A DNA stretch of 64,000 nt. Source: Lepidodermella squamata (Eukaryota > Animalia > Gastrotricha). This document shows positions 26,672-38,600 of this stretch, in pieces. Below the pieces are notes generated by a model. It was given only the letters and a program-made list of their open reading frames with translations, did not search any database and was not told the origin of the DNA. Position numbers and translations under genes: made by a program. The number at the start of each line of letters is the position of its first letter. Position 1 is the first letter of the stretch. The DNA is taken from the NCBI GenBank assembly GCA_047495785.1, contig JBLDXI010000029.1, positions 1,550,001-1,614,000 of the forward strand, written 5' to 3'.

Positions 26672-29600
26672 ATGATGTTGAAAATAGTCGGAGTTGGCGT
26701 GACGCTCGCCATCGCCATACTTTACACTGAGTCAACAAAACTATCGATGTTCAGTTCAAAGCTGCCTGCTAGACTGATAGCGCCTCTTGGTAATCGAACT
26801 TCGCGCCCACGCAAGCAAATAGCCATAGTTGCTTCACTTTTCTACAATATGACTGTGAATATCTATGCTCCGTTGGTGTCACGGGGTCCTCTCGGCTCCT
26901 TGGCGATGCAATTGGCTCTTGAACGCATTCAAATGATCCCAGATCTTCTGCCAAATTATGAACTTGTTCTTGATATGTATGACGAGGCTGAGAATAATCT
27001 GGTAGGTTATCTTTCTTTAAGTGACATTAATCGCGAAGTTGACCAAATATTATGTTTTAGTATTTCTACAACCCATCGGCCCGTTTGATGTCGATACTGA
27101 CTGAGCCAGGCAAGCCGGATCGGTTACCTGTGTTCGCAGGTTACAACAGCGGCTGGCGCAAAACCCCCCCATTATTCCATCATTACAACTTCTCAGGGGT
27201 ATGCATGCGCGTTTCAATTTTTTGTTTATTTCAATTTTTGCATACAATCATGTGCGTATATTGTCGATGACAGTCTGCCTGCTATGCAAATGCTGATATC
27301 ATGAGTAACCGCGCCTTGAATCGAGCATTTTATGCTTTTGGAACAACATTTGTCGACAGACAAGCTGCGGTTGCCCGCTTCATGAAGCAAAACGGTTGGA
27401 AGAAGGCCGCTTTCATCACCCAAATTACTTCTGAAGGAGGTCCTGAGGTAACGAACTAGGAAATTCATCTAAAATCCAAAACACTCATAGTAAAAAGGCT
27501 CGTATAAACGGGCAAACATTTTGTCAAACATTGACTTCAAACATGGATTATTGATGAAAATGTTTGAAGAGCATTTATACGATCAAACTTGTTTGTCAAA
27601 CATTGGAAAAGGTGAAAGGTCACTTCTTGAGGCTTCAAACATTTGTTTGTCAAACTTTCATTTACACGCTCAAACAATGTTTGCAAGAAAACTAGCAAAA
27701 TCTATGCAAATCATCAAGAAATTAATGAGCTAATTTGTTTAATTTATGCAAATTAGGAGAATAATTACCAATACGGGTAGAATGCTTTCACATTTTCGAC
27801 CGCTTTGATTTGATTTTTTTCCTTGCCACATGACCCGAGCGATTTAAGAATCAAATTGATCAGATTCTATCCATTTTATGAAGAAGCGCATGAAAAGTTG
27901 CGCAGATGTCGTCCCGGCTGGCAACTCCGCAGCCGCCACAGCGCCAAATGTTTGCATGTTTGTCAAACAAAATCGCTCGGCTAGGCGATTTTGTTTGAAG
28001 GCGTTTTCAACACGCCTCTCAAACATTTTCTTTCAAACACGTGCATTTAGACGGGCAAACATGTTTGAAAGCCGTGTTGGTCCCAACAATGTTTGAAGCA
28101 AAAGTTTGAACGTGTAAATGCAATGTTTGATCAAACAATGTTTGAAGCCGTTGTTTGGCAAACAATGTTTGAGGTCCATGTTTGGCAAACATGTTTGCCC
28201 GTTTATACGAGCCTTACTGTTCATCTTCAAGCGTGATCGAAGACTATTAAGCGAGATGGATCGCTTAGAATTGACCTTAATTGGATACGCTGCGGTCGAT
28301 CTGGTTATTCCAAACCCAGATCCAATGGGGCGGATGGCGACTGCTATTGAGGAAGCAACAGTAAATGGTGCCCGAATAATATTTGTGCCTGGTGACTACG
28401 CTATGGATTACTTATGCCTGCTCTACAAAACAGGCATTTATGGCCCGAATTATGTCTTCATTCTCAGCTCTGTGGCCACCCCAGGCGACTACTCTAACGC
28501 GCCACTTTCAAAGGAGTGGTGTACTATCGCAATGCAGGTCGAAATGATTCGCTACGCGTTTTTCGTCACTGTTCACACTAACACGGAACTGGCAGGTGGA
28601 AACATGACCGATATAACAGGAATGTCAGCGGGTGAGTTCGACTCAATCATGGATGATCGAATTGAAAAACCACCTCGCATCAGTACCTCGATAAGTAACC
28701 CACTTCGGATGTACGAAAATATCTTATTCACGGCTTTTTGGCTTAATGAAACTGAGAAGCTACTCAATCAACGTAAATTAACACATTTCATATCTACATG
28801 AATTTAGCCTTTTCGGTTGCAGGCAATCAGACTCTTTCCGACTGGGTCACTGGAGGTGAGAAATTCAAGGATTCGGGCGATGAATTTGTTCGCATAATGG
28901 AAAGGAGCATTTATAACGTTGGATTTCGCGGTTTAATCAATGACTACCCCCTAGACCCAGACATGGAGGTGAAAGGATGGTCAGCAGGTTATTCATTGAC
29001 TGCTATTTCTCAAATGCGTCAAAACTCGCTTGGTGAGTGGAGCTTGGTACCCGTGCAGGCTTATCAGCTGGACAAGGAGGTAGGTTATAAAGCCATCGCT
29101 GGTCGGCCTATTATCTGGAGCACCTATGACGGCAAGCCCCCTCCTGATAGCCTTCAAATAATTACCATTCTACAGCCTCTAGTCGAGGCAGGAATCGGTG
29201 GGTCGATTTATGGTTAGTATTATTCGTCCGCTTGATAACAAGCATGAATTGTGTTTATAAACTTTCAGCGATTGCAACAATTCTCGCTAGCACTACCTTG
29301 CTCTGCCTCCTGGGGAAAAATCGATTATTCAAATCGATCAAGACATTGCCAGTTATCAATGCGATTATTCTAATTGGCTGTTTATTGATTCAAAGCCATG
29401 CATTTTTCATCTTAACATGGAGGGGCAATAACATAGCGTGGAGTTGCATGATCTCTAACACATTGCTGTTTCTCGGTTACTCACTGGTATTCGGCGCTAT
29501 TTACGTAAAGCTCAAAATTTCAGATCTGTTAACGGCGCGTTATATTCAATCTTTGCAATCTGCAACGTCATCGAGCATGTTTTTCCGGAAGGATGTCAAT

Positions 29601-30255
29601 GATCATATGCTAAGAGGGCTCATATATTTGGGGTCTCACATGTTTGTCGTAGCTCTGGTGGTATCAGTCTGGCTTGGGTTGAGCCCAGCTACTACGAAAC
29701 TGATCGAATTACCACTGCCGCCGTCATCGAGATTCACGAGTTTCGCATTCCAGTACGTTTACTACGCCTGCGACGCAAGATTGCACGAACTAGCCCCACA
29801 AGCTTGTATACTTTTCATTGTTTCTTTGAATACATTCGTAATCCTGAGAAGCATCATTTTGGTAGTCGTCACACCAACGGTAGGCCTGATTTTATAAGTA
29901 TTGCCAGTTTTCAAGTTTTCAAATATTCTAGAAAATAGCCGTCGTATCTGATACGAGATACGTTAAGATGTGCCTGTATGGCTGTTTTGTGATTCTAGCG
30001 GCAGAAGCTGCATCGATAGGGATTTTCTGGAACCAGCCGGCGCAGTTGAATATCTGCATTTCTTGCTACTCAATAGCATTTTCAATGGTCCCTATCTGCA
30101 CTATTTTCGTACCACGACTGATACAAAATGTCATGTTGCGAATGGTGAGGTCGATGCATAGTAATCCAGCTGTGCCGTCTTCGCGATTTCAACGAATGTG
30201 GAAATCGCTGCTGCCGAGCAGCTCAGCATCGGTTGATCGTAACGCTGGTGAGTAA
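26672..30255 (+). CDS. GABA-B-like class C GPCR, group A copy 4 (7 exons; intron 3 expanded by a MITE)
   Basis: ORFs 26588-27088, 27085-27270, an exon at about 27274-27447, 28232-28773, 28798-29217, 29232-29897 and 29968-30255. Close paralogue of copy 3. Confidence 0.88.
27497..28213. mobile_element. MITE with about 50-bp imperfect TIRs (GGC termini, PIF/Harbinger-like), intronic
   Basis: Left ggctcgtataaacgggcaaacat..., right ...atgtttgcccgtttatacgagcc. Interior is rich in caaaca/tgtttg motifs. The equivalent intron in copy 3 is only about 54 nt. TSD is not clean. Confidence 0.85.
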
Positions 30256-30354
30256 CACACATTTTATGTAATCAACAATCGACTTGGTGAATAAGTTGGG
30301 GGAGACGTAAGAAAGTAATGTCTTAAAATCCTATCGTAATATTTTAGTGGCGAG

Positions 30355-31751
30355 TAAAGGACAAGGGGCGTTAACGCACAGGAATCGGCCCAAAGTAGGG
30401 CGATAAGATCGCATGCGGCAAAATATTCAGTTTTTGGCTGGAAAAAATCTAGAAAATAGTCCGCGAGCTGCAGTTTACGAATTAGGGCATGTCATCTTGA
30501 GCAGAGGAGGGCAAATGGGAGAAAAAAATTGCTGAAGATGACGAAAAATTCAAAAACCGTCCCCAAACGCCAAAAATGCGACTTTTGACGCGTCAAAATA
30601 AATACAAGACAAATTAGCGTACCGGTAAGACTTGGCTGGTTCAAAGAAGGCGTCGAGGAGAACCCATAGGCCAAAAATGGCCGGTACGGAAATTTGTCTC
30701 TAGACAGGAGAGCAACTGACATCACTGCAGAAAAGTAAACGGCCGGCTCACCCTCCATTTCGATTTTAAATTAGATAAAAAAACTTTAATGCACTTTACA
30801 AAATAATACTTAATTTTGCTGAATCTGATTTTCAAAATTAAATTAAATTCATGTGAAGGTATAAATGGCGCATTTTTTCTCAGTCTAGTTTTAACTTCAA
30901 GTTTGTCGCAACGAAAACCATCGCTTTTTGCTGCGCCAAGTTGTCAAATAGTTGCATCTTTACACGCTAACAGATAATTCTGAGAAGCTTTTACGCGATA
31001 GTGGCAATTGACAAATAGATTCATAATGAATAGCTCTAAAGGTTGTGTGCGAAAAGAGCAAGCGAAATAAGAGCAATGATATAAGAGCAATGACATGAGA
31101 GCAAAACGAAATAAGAGCAACGAGATATGAGCAGCGAAATAAGAGCAGAACGACATAAGAGCAATTTAATGTAAGAGCAATATTGTTATTTCTATTCGCT
31201 ATATAAATGCTATTCTTTTACGCGGCCATTTTTTCTGTCAAGCTTCCGTCCCACAACAATAAGTTCGCACGCGCCCAATCAGTTTTTTCTTCGAAGAATT
31301 GGCAACGAAACCCGCTTTTTTGGTTGGCTTGATTGGTTCGCTTTGGGGCTGCTAATGAAAAATGATGAGCAACATCGCGTGCTTGACGCCATTTTTTGCC
31401 ATATCAATGTACCAAAAAATTGCTCTTTTTATTGCATTGCTCTTATCTCGTTATGCTCTTATTTCGTTTGCTCTCATATCGCTGCTCTTTTTTCGCTTGC
31501 TCTTTATTCGCTGCGCTTTTTTCGCTTGCTCTTAAGTCATACATTCACAGTGTAAATCCAATATAATATAATTGCTCTTATGTCATCTTGCTCTTATCTC
31601 GTTGCTCTTATTTCGTTTTGCTCTCATGTCATTGCTCATATATCATTGCTCTTATTTCGCTTGCTCTTTTCGCACACAACCAAATGGTGGTATTTTTTTT
31701 ATTTCATTATCTTTTGGGCCGATTTTCCATCTTAACGCCCCTTGTCCTTTA
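30355..31751. mobile_element. Non-autonomous TIR element (Kolobok-like AGG...CCT termini), hosting a nested element
   Basis: taaaggacaaggggcgttaa at 30355 and ttaacgccccttgtccttta ending 31751, extended by aatcggcccaaa / tttgggccgatt. A TTAA target is only partly preserved (gtaa / ttat), so the superfamily is tentative. Confidence 0.7.
31041..31681. mobile_element. Fold-back-type MITE with about 125-bp TIRs built from about 15-bp subrepeats
   Basis: ggttgtgtgcgaaaagagcaagcgaaataagagcaatg... mirrored by ...cattgctcttatttcgcttgctcttttcgcacacaacc. A third subrepeat tract lies at about 31420-31535. Confidence 0.88.
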
Positions 31752-32033
31752 TTGCGATTCGGCCATGATGAGAATTTCTTGCTGTACGCCAAAACAGCTC
31801 GAATGTGCCGAATCACCGTTTCATGCCAATGTTAACCTCGGTACTAGTGTTCTACGTCGGATGGGTGCCCAGGCGCTATTCTCATCCTGAACCTTGAGTC
31901 ATTTTTTGCATGCAGTTCATAATACTGTTTTCAGATGAACAAAGTTATGATCACTGAACAATATTGATATAGATTATACAGGTGCTTGAATTGACGAAAC
32001 TATGAATTATGAAATATTGTGCAGTTTCCGGTC

Positions 32034-32267
32034 TGTTGTATTCAAAGGCAGTCGGTTTTCAATCCAGAATTTTATTCGTAATAAAGATCCCCTATCAGTA
32101 CACATTAATTGCTTAAAATCATCAATTCACAACAAATAATATCGACAGAAATAAAATCATGAAATGACGACGACGATGACGATGGCTACTGCTGCCATGT
32201 GGTGAGTGCGAGTAGCGACCACGTGGTTGTCTAAATGACCTAGTTGACGACATTGCACTCCACAACA
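32034..32267 (-). repeat. 3' LTR
   Basis: Direct repeat of 39610-39843; I see 3 substitutions in 234 bp. Confidence 0.96.
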
Positions 32268-32298
32268 CCTCCCCACCAGTCTTGAAAAGACGAGACAC

Positions 32299-32469
32299 TC
32301 AATTTCCATCCACACGTAAGCGCGGGCTTCTTCGTAAGCCAGTTGACATCTCAGGTACAGTCGGCACAGGAGGTTCAGAAATATCGCCACTCCTAGGACA
32401 TAACTGATCAACATGACGTTTCCAGATTAGTCCATTTGCAATAACTCGAACTTCATAACGACGTGGACC
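32299..32469 (-). pseudogene. Displaced C-terminal tail of pol
   Basis: Removing 32470-35666 plus one TSD copy restores the frame ...ERVCGPR|RYEVRVIANGLIWKRHVDQLCPR...LRRSPRLRVDGN*. Confidence 0.9.
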
Positions 32470-35400
32470 CATAGAGCGAAGTAGGACCGCGGAACTGAAA
32501 GGGATAAGGAAAATCGACATAAAGGAAGCATTTATTTATTGATTTAAGAGCTTAAGTCTGCTCACAACAATGTTAATCGGGCAATCCACTCATAGCCGGC
32601 TGAAAAATCAGAGTCAAATTCAGTCCGGTTCAAATTCCATTTGTCCATTTTGATATGATAATACAAAACAACAACAAAATTGGCTCCACATTAACGTTAA
32701 AATTTTTGAGCTTCTTCGAAAGTTCAGATTCTCGTTGAGTCACAGGCATAGATTCATTCCAGTTGGATATCGTTCATTCGTTAGAGGGATTCGGATTTTA
32801 GGATTACACCAAACCCACCACCAAATAAATGAGGATCAATTATCAGAATCATGAGAATCAATAAATAGGTACAGCTACTTTACATTTTATGACCCCACTC
32901 TTATTGGGGACAGTATTCGCCACGCTATCTAGGTGAGATTGGTAACATGGTTTGGAAGTATTTCCTCGCAGGTGGTGCTAGACATAGTGTTGATCAAAGT
33001 TTCTGTTAACGCTCCAAGTGCCCGGAATTTTTCGTAATATCCCTTGTATGTTTTCAGGAGGTCGAAAAATCTTAGAAACCGTGCGTCGAAAGCTAGCTCA
33101 GAACTGTGCGAACAATTAGAGAATAGAAAAGAGGGCGACTAGGGATCACGAGATGGGAGGACTTCCTGAATCAAAATGTTCACACAGTATACCTCGTTTT
33201 ATTCATTCAACGCTGATCATTAATCTGCTGACTATCAACAGCCTCGAGAATGAATGTTTACGATTTTATTCCCTTCATCCAAAATTTACTATCAATTTCT
33301 CGACTAAACTGCAAGCTGCTCCTCTTGTCCGATTCACTCCTCGACCTTAGCACAGGTGTACTCGTATCGGTGGTTGCCGCCAGGACCGCGCTTCAGTTGG
33401 AACTGTTGCAGCAACCTGCCGTCGGGACAGGTCGGGCGGTAGTTGGCGAGAGCAAACGTTTTGCCCTTGTGGTCGATTTCATCAGTCACATGGTTGGTAG
33501 TGGCGACCTTACCTGTGACCTGTAAACACATTTTATTAAAACAGTAGCAGTTTGAATTCTGAAATTCGCACCGAGCAGCAAGTGTAGTAGTAGGTAATTG
33601 AACCTTCGGCAATTGTGAGACGGTCGGTAACTAGGACAAATCGGTTCAGGACTTCGTTAGCTTTGCATATGACAGCTTGCCTGTCCAGAAAGTTGGTGTC
33701 GCCGTAGTAGCCAGGGGTCCAAGCGTTCTGGATTTCGCGGCACACTGGCACCATGGGGGCAGCGCAACACGTGTACGCGTACTGGACGGTGGTTGCGCTA
33801 GGCCTGGTCAGTCCGAAGGAAGTGATATAGTTCCTCTCGGGACATTGCACGGTCTGCAAATTGAGCTGGTACGTTTTGCCATCAGGGTCATCGGCCAGTC
33901 TGGTTTTCAGGGTGGCATTAGAGCACTTCTCGTACCACTTCGGAGCTACATAGAAGCAATATTTTTCAATTTAAACCTGTCTTGTGCGGATTGCAACTCA
34001 CGCAGATTAATTTTAGCGCATGTGTATTCAAAGCGCACCATACCCTGGTCTACATCGCGTTGCAGGTGCCACCTCTGCATGAGCTCACCGTCCGCGCAGG
34101 CGAGATTGTGGCGGTCTAAGGTCGTCGTTTTGTTACTTTCCTTGTCGTAATCGGTTGTTAGCGCCCTGGGAATAACATCGAATTCGCCTTCAATCTGGAA
34201 ATGAAAAATAAACATGTGAGATGGTGAGATGGCGCCTGATAATCTGAACGTTTCCTGGACTCTTAGGCCTTGGCCATCAGAAACCTCCCCCAAAGTGGGG
34301 GATCTCACCACACGCTTGTTTCAGTCGAACCTCACGAGCTCTTAGGTAAATTTGGTACACGATCTCGATACTAACCTGGCAGCATGCGTAGTTGAATCTG
34401 ATCTGACTCCACAATGCGGTCAGGTGGAAGCCTTTCAGAAACTCATTCGCGTTGCACTTGATATCCTGTTTTTCGAGGGAGACAGCAGCAAAGCCATTAC
34501 CATCCGTCAGGTCATTCGTAACCTGTCTGCACTTTCCGACAGACGGCGCCTTGCAGCACTTGTATTCATACTGGGCAGACGAAGCAGTCGCATTCGGAGT
34601 GAATTTGAGCTTCCACGAGGTCAAGTAGCTGCCGTCGGGGCAGTAGACATACCGATAATTGAGATCGTACAGCATGCCGTCGGTATTGAACGCGTCGGTC
34701 GTGCTCACTCCAGTCGAGCATTCGACGGTCTTCGCAGGGCTGACAGTTGTTTCTGAAAAGACGAAATCGACGTGAGCCTAGGAAGGATTAGAGAGACGGT
34801 AACTTACGACTAAATGCCTAATGTCGCCGCGATAACAGCCAGTCTGAAAGCCATAGCCAAGGTTTCAATTGACAATTTTAATTAAAACGAAAAGCAGATG
34901 AATGACTGGATGAAACTTTGGATGATCGAGCAGCTTGAGGATGTTTATGGACAGTTTTATTTTTAACTCGTCGACAACTGAGCATACATTCTATCCGAAA
35001 TTAGCTTGGTTGTGGGGGACGATGCGAAGCAATTGTTTGCTAGCACCAGTGGTAAAATAATAATGATAATTTTTAAATATTATTCTCGAACATCCCATAG
35101 CAAATAATTTTCTTATTATTATTATTAGGCATTAATGTTAAGTCGCCCACTGCTAGTGCGATTAGGCAGCTGGCCTGAGAGTTGTTCTAAGCTTTTGAGT
35201 GCAAAACGCTGCAATTTTTGTTTTGACCTCATTCATCGACAAACAGCCTCCATTCCCTCCTGAGCCTAGCCATGATCGCCGAGGTAGTTAGTGTAGCTGA
35301 AATCTTCATGATCCTGCTCGATAAGCTTGTTTGCAAATTGGCATGACTGTGGTGCTAAGCATCCCATATGCGATTAAGTCACCATTTAACCACTCAATTG

Positions 35401-35666
35401 ATTAGTGACAAAGCGCCGGTTATGGGCGGTCATGGACGACCAAGCGCCAGCAAGGGAAATGGCGAAATCGAAGACAAGATGGACCCGGCACAACTATGAA
35501 CATTTCTTGATCCATAGTGCGAACCATAGACCATAGAGCGAAGTAGAACCGCGGAACAAAAATCGGCATAAGGGTCCCACCTTTGGTCTTTGTCTGAGCT
35601 CACCTTGCGGACCGATGGAACTGGCAGGGATAATCCCTACCATCCCTAGCGTTACTTCGCTCTATG
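32470..35666. mobile_element. Non-autonomous TIR DNA transposon (P- or hAT-type) carrying host-like cargo, nested in pol
   Basis: 14-bp TIRs catagagcgaagta / tacttcgctctatg. Perfect 8-bp TSD cgtggacc (32462-32469 and 35667-35674). No transposase recognisable. A second copy of the left end starts at 35532. Confidence 0.93.
33334..34854 (-). CDS. Five-exon gene for a putative secreted protein with six Cys-rich repeats of about 55 aa (exon 1 appears frameshifted)
   Basis: Exons 34854-34808, 34752-34376, 34194-34002, 33945-33572 and 33519-33334 with GT-AG introns. Exons 2-5 splice in frame. Repeats end YEYKCC, FNYACC, FEYTCA, YAYTCC, YYYTCC, YEYTCA. Exon 1 (MAFRLAVIAATL...) hits TAG at 34810-34812. 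Confidence 0.8.
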
Positions 35667-38600
35667 CGTGGACCACATACGCGTTCAACAATCGCCGCTG
35701 CCCATTTGGGATCGCTATTAGATAAACGACCACCCAGAACACGAGCGTAGACTTCGTCACCAACCGAAAACTTGGTCGCAATAACGTCGGTTTCCGTTCG
35801 AGCAGTTTGTCGCTTTTGATCGCTTAGAATCGGATTCAAAACCAGAGTGTCGATCTTAGCGCGAATTTGACGACCGTTCAACAATTCACTAGGCGAATAA
35901 CCATTAGCCAACGGGGTACGTCGGTAAATCATCAGAAATTCGTTTAGCGCAGCAGTTTTCGACAGCGTAGACTTTTTCATGGAAGCTTTGAAGGTTTCCA
36001 CAAAACGCTCCGCCAAGCCATTGGTTTCAGGTTTGTAAGGGGCACCGGTTAAATGAATTATACCTCGATCTTGGCAACCTCGCTGAAACTCATCAGAAAG
36101 AAACATTGGAAAATTATCGGAAACAAGAACTTGCGGATAACCGAAATGAGCAAAATCTTGGTCTAACAATTCCAAGGTCGTTTTAGCCGTCAACGATTTC
36201 GTTGGATGAATGCAAGGGTAGCGAGAAGTAGAATCAACCAGAATTAACCAGTTTGAATCCAGAAAATTTATCGCATGATCAACATGAACTCGAGTCCAGG
36301 GCTTCTCAGGAATTGACCAAGGGTGAACGGGTGCTTTGATCGGATTGTTTTGATGTTCATTGCAGTTGGAGCAAGTTTTAGCCAGGTTAGTTATCGCATC
36401 ATCAATACCCGGCCAGTAGACAGCCGTTCGAGCCAGTTGCTTCATGCGTTGGATTCCAAAGTGACTCAGATGAATAACTTTGAGCACTTCGTCGCGTAAC
36501 TTTTTAGGAACCAACAACCTGTTGCCATAAAATACACACGGACCGTTAACGGACAAATAAGAGGACAGTTTTTTGAGGTCTCGGAGTTCTTGTTCTTCGA
36601 TTTTATCTGGCCACCCATTTCGAATGAACATCGCTGCTTTTGATACCACTGTATCGCGAACAGATTCTCGAATCACAGAGTTTGACTCAGCAGTAGATTG
36701 ATAGCCAATTGTTTTGATTGTCAGGACCATATCAACATCTTCACCACTTTCCTCCCCATCAAACTTCGGATCTTCACCGACTGGCAAGCGACTGAGTGCA
36801 TCGGCATTACCATGATCTTCTGTTCGACGGAACTCGATTTCGTAATCGTATTGTTGCAGCATCCAACACCATCTAGCCAGTCGATTTGCAGCCATTTGCG
36901 GCACGCCTTTCTTCGGATGAAAAAGTGACAACAGCGGTTTATGATCAGTGACCACTGAAAAATGTCGACCAAATACAAAATTATGAAACTTTTTCAACCC
37001 AAAAATTATTGCCAAAGCTTCCTTTTCGATTTGACTGTAATTGCGTTGGGCTGATGTCAATGTTTTCGAAGAATTCGCAATTGGACGATCGGAACCATCC
37101 GGAAATCGGTGAAACAAAACTGCACCAATACCAACCTGAGACGCATCGACTGCTATACCCACTGGCTTTTTCGGGTCAAAGTGAACCAAAACTTCGTCTG
37201 ACGCCAATAGACGCTTCACCTCGTCGAACGCAGTTTGCTGCTTATCGCCCCAATGCCATTGTTCACCTTGTTTGGTCAATTTATACAAAGGTTCTAGCAC
37301 AGTGGATAAGTTCGGGGGCAAAAATTTCGCGTAAAACTGAACTTGACCCAGAAAAGAACGTAAAGTTGGGACATCAACAGGTGGAGCCATTTTTAAAACA
37401 GCTTCAACTTTCAAACCTTTACCCAGACCTTCAGCCGACAGAAGATGTCCTAAGCAGGGCATAACCGGAACCGCAAAATCGAATTTTTCCAAGCGGCCAC
37501 GGAGACCTACTTCCGTCAATCGTTTGAGCGCTCCACGATAATTCGACAAATGATCTGCAGCATCTTTGCCAGTGACAATCACATTATCGAGAAAACAGGC
37601 AACGCCCGGAAGGTCGGACGTAATAGTTTCCATGATTCGCTGAAAATACCCGGGAGCTGACTTGATTCCGAAGGGTAAACGTTTCTGAAGTAGCGGACCT
37701 TGATGTGTGCTGAGAGCAAGTCGTCGTTGCGAAATCGGACCCAGTTTGATTTGGTTGTACGCGTCAGCCAGATCGATTTGACTGTACATGTAACCACCTT
37801 GAAGTTTCCGCATAATATCTTCCGGTAATGGTAACGGATGACGGTGAGGTTCGATTTGATCGTTCAATGACGCTGAATAATCGCCACAAACTCGCAGCTT
37901 TCGGGTAGTTTGACCTGGTAACAACGGTTTGATGATGGGTACGACCGGAGTGCCACATTCATTGAACGAAGTTCTTTCCCAGACACCGCGTTTAATACCA
38001 GCTTCGTAAGCGTTATTCAGGTCCTCAGTCAGAGCCAATGGTACTGGTCTTGGGCGACAAAACAAAGGTGTAAAATTGTCAACAAATTTCACTTCGAGTT
38101 CAAAATTTTTCAATTCACCCAGTTCCGGACTGAAGAATTCAGGGAATTCATCGCAAACTTTCCTAACCTGCTCCTGCAATTCAACATCGGGTTTGAGATG
38201 CTCAAAGACCTTATTAACCGGGACTGGAACTATGCCCAGTTTTTGATCGACAGAAATGCGAAGAGGTTTCATACCGTCAATACCAACCAGGTTCAACTTG
38301 GGAACGGGCGTAACGTAGAAATCCAGAGTACACGGACCGATAGATGCCGTAGATACTGGCAATTGAGTTACCCCTAGAACATTCAATTGATGTTTTGAAG
38401 CACTTTCGAATTTGTAGTTTGCTGGCGACATCTTCGGTGAGCCCAAAATCGTCCAATAATCCTCTGAGATGAAATTGACGGGTGAACCGCAGTCAACCTC
38501 AAAGGTGAATATTTGATCGCCGATTCGAAGATCTTCGTAAACAACATCTTTTGATTCAGCAACTTTGTTGAGTGCGATTGACTTGTTTTGACGAAGCGTT

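Noticed and set aside
31041-31681. Regular gagcaa subrepeats as a CRISPR-like array
   Set aside because: Eukaryotic context, units of about 15 bp without unique spacers, and mirror symmetry typical of TIR subrepeats.
33334-34854. Cargo gene as an env-like third ORF of the retrotransposon
   Set aside because: It has introns, no TM anchor, and lies inside a separate TIR/TSD-bounded insertion that interrupts pol.
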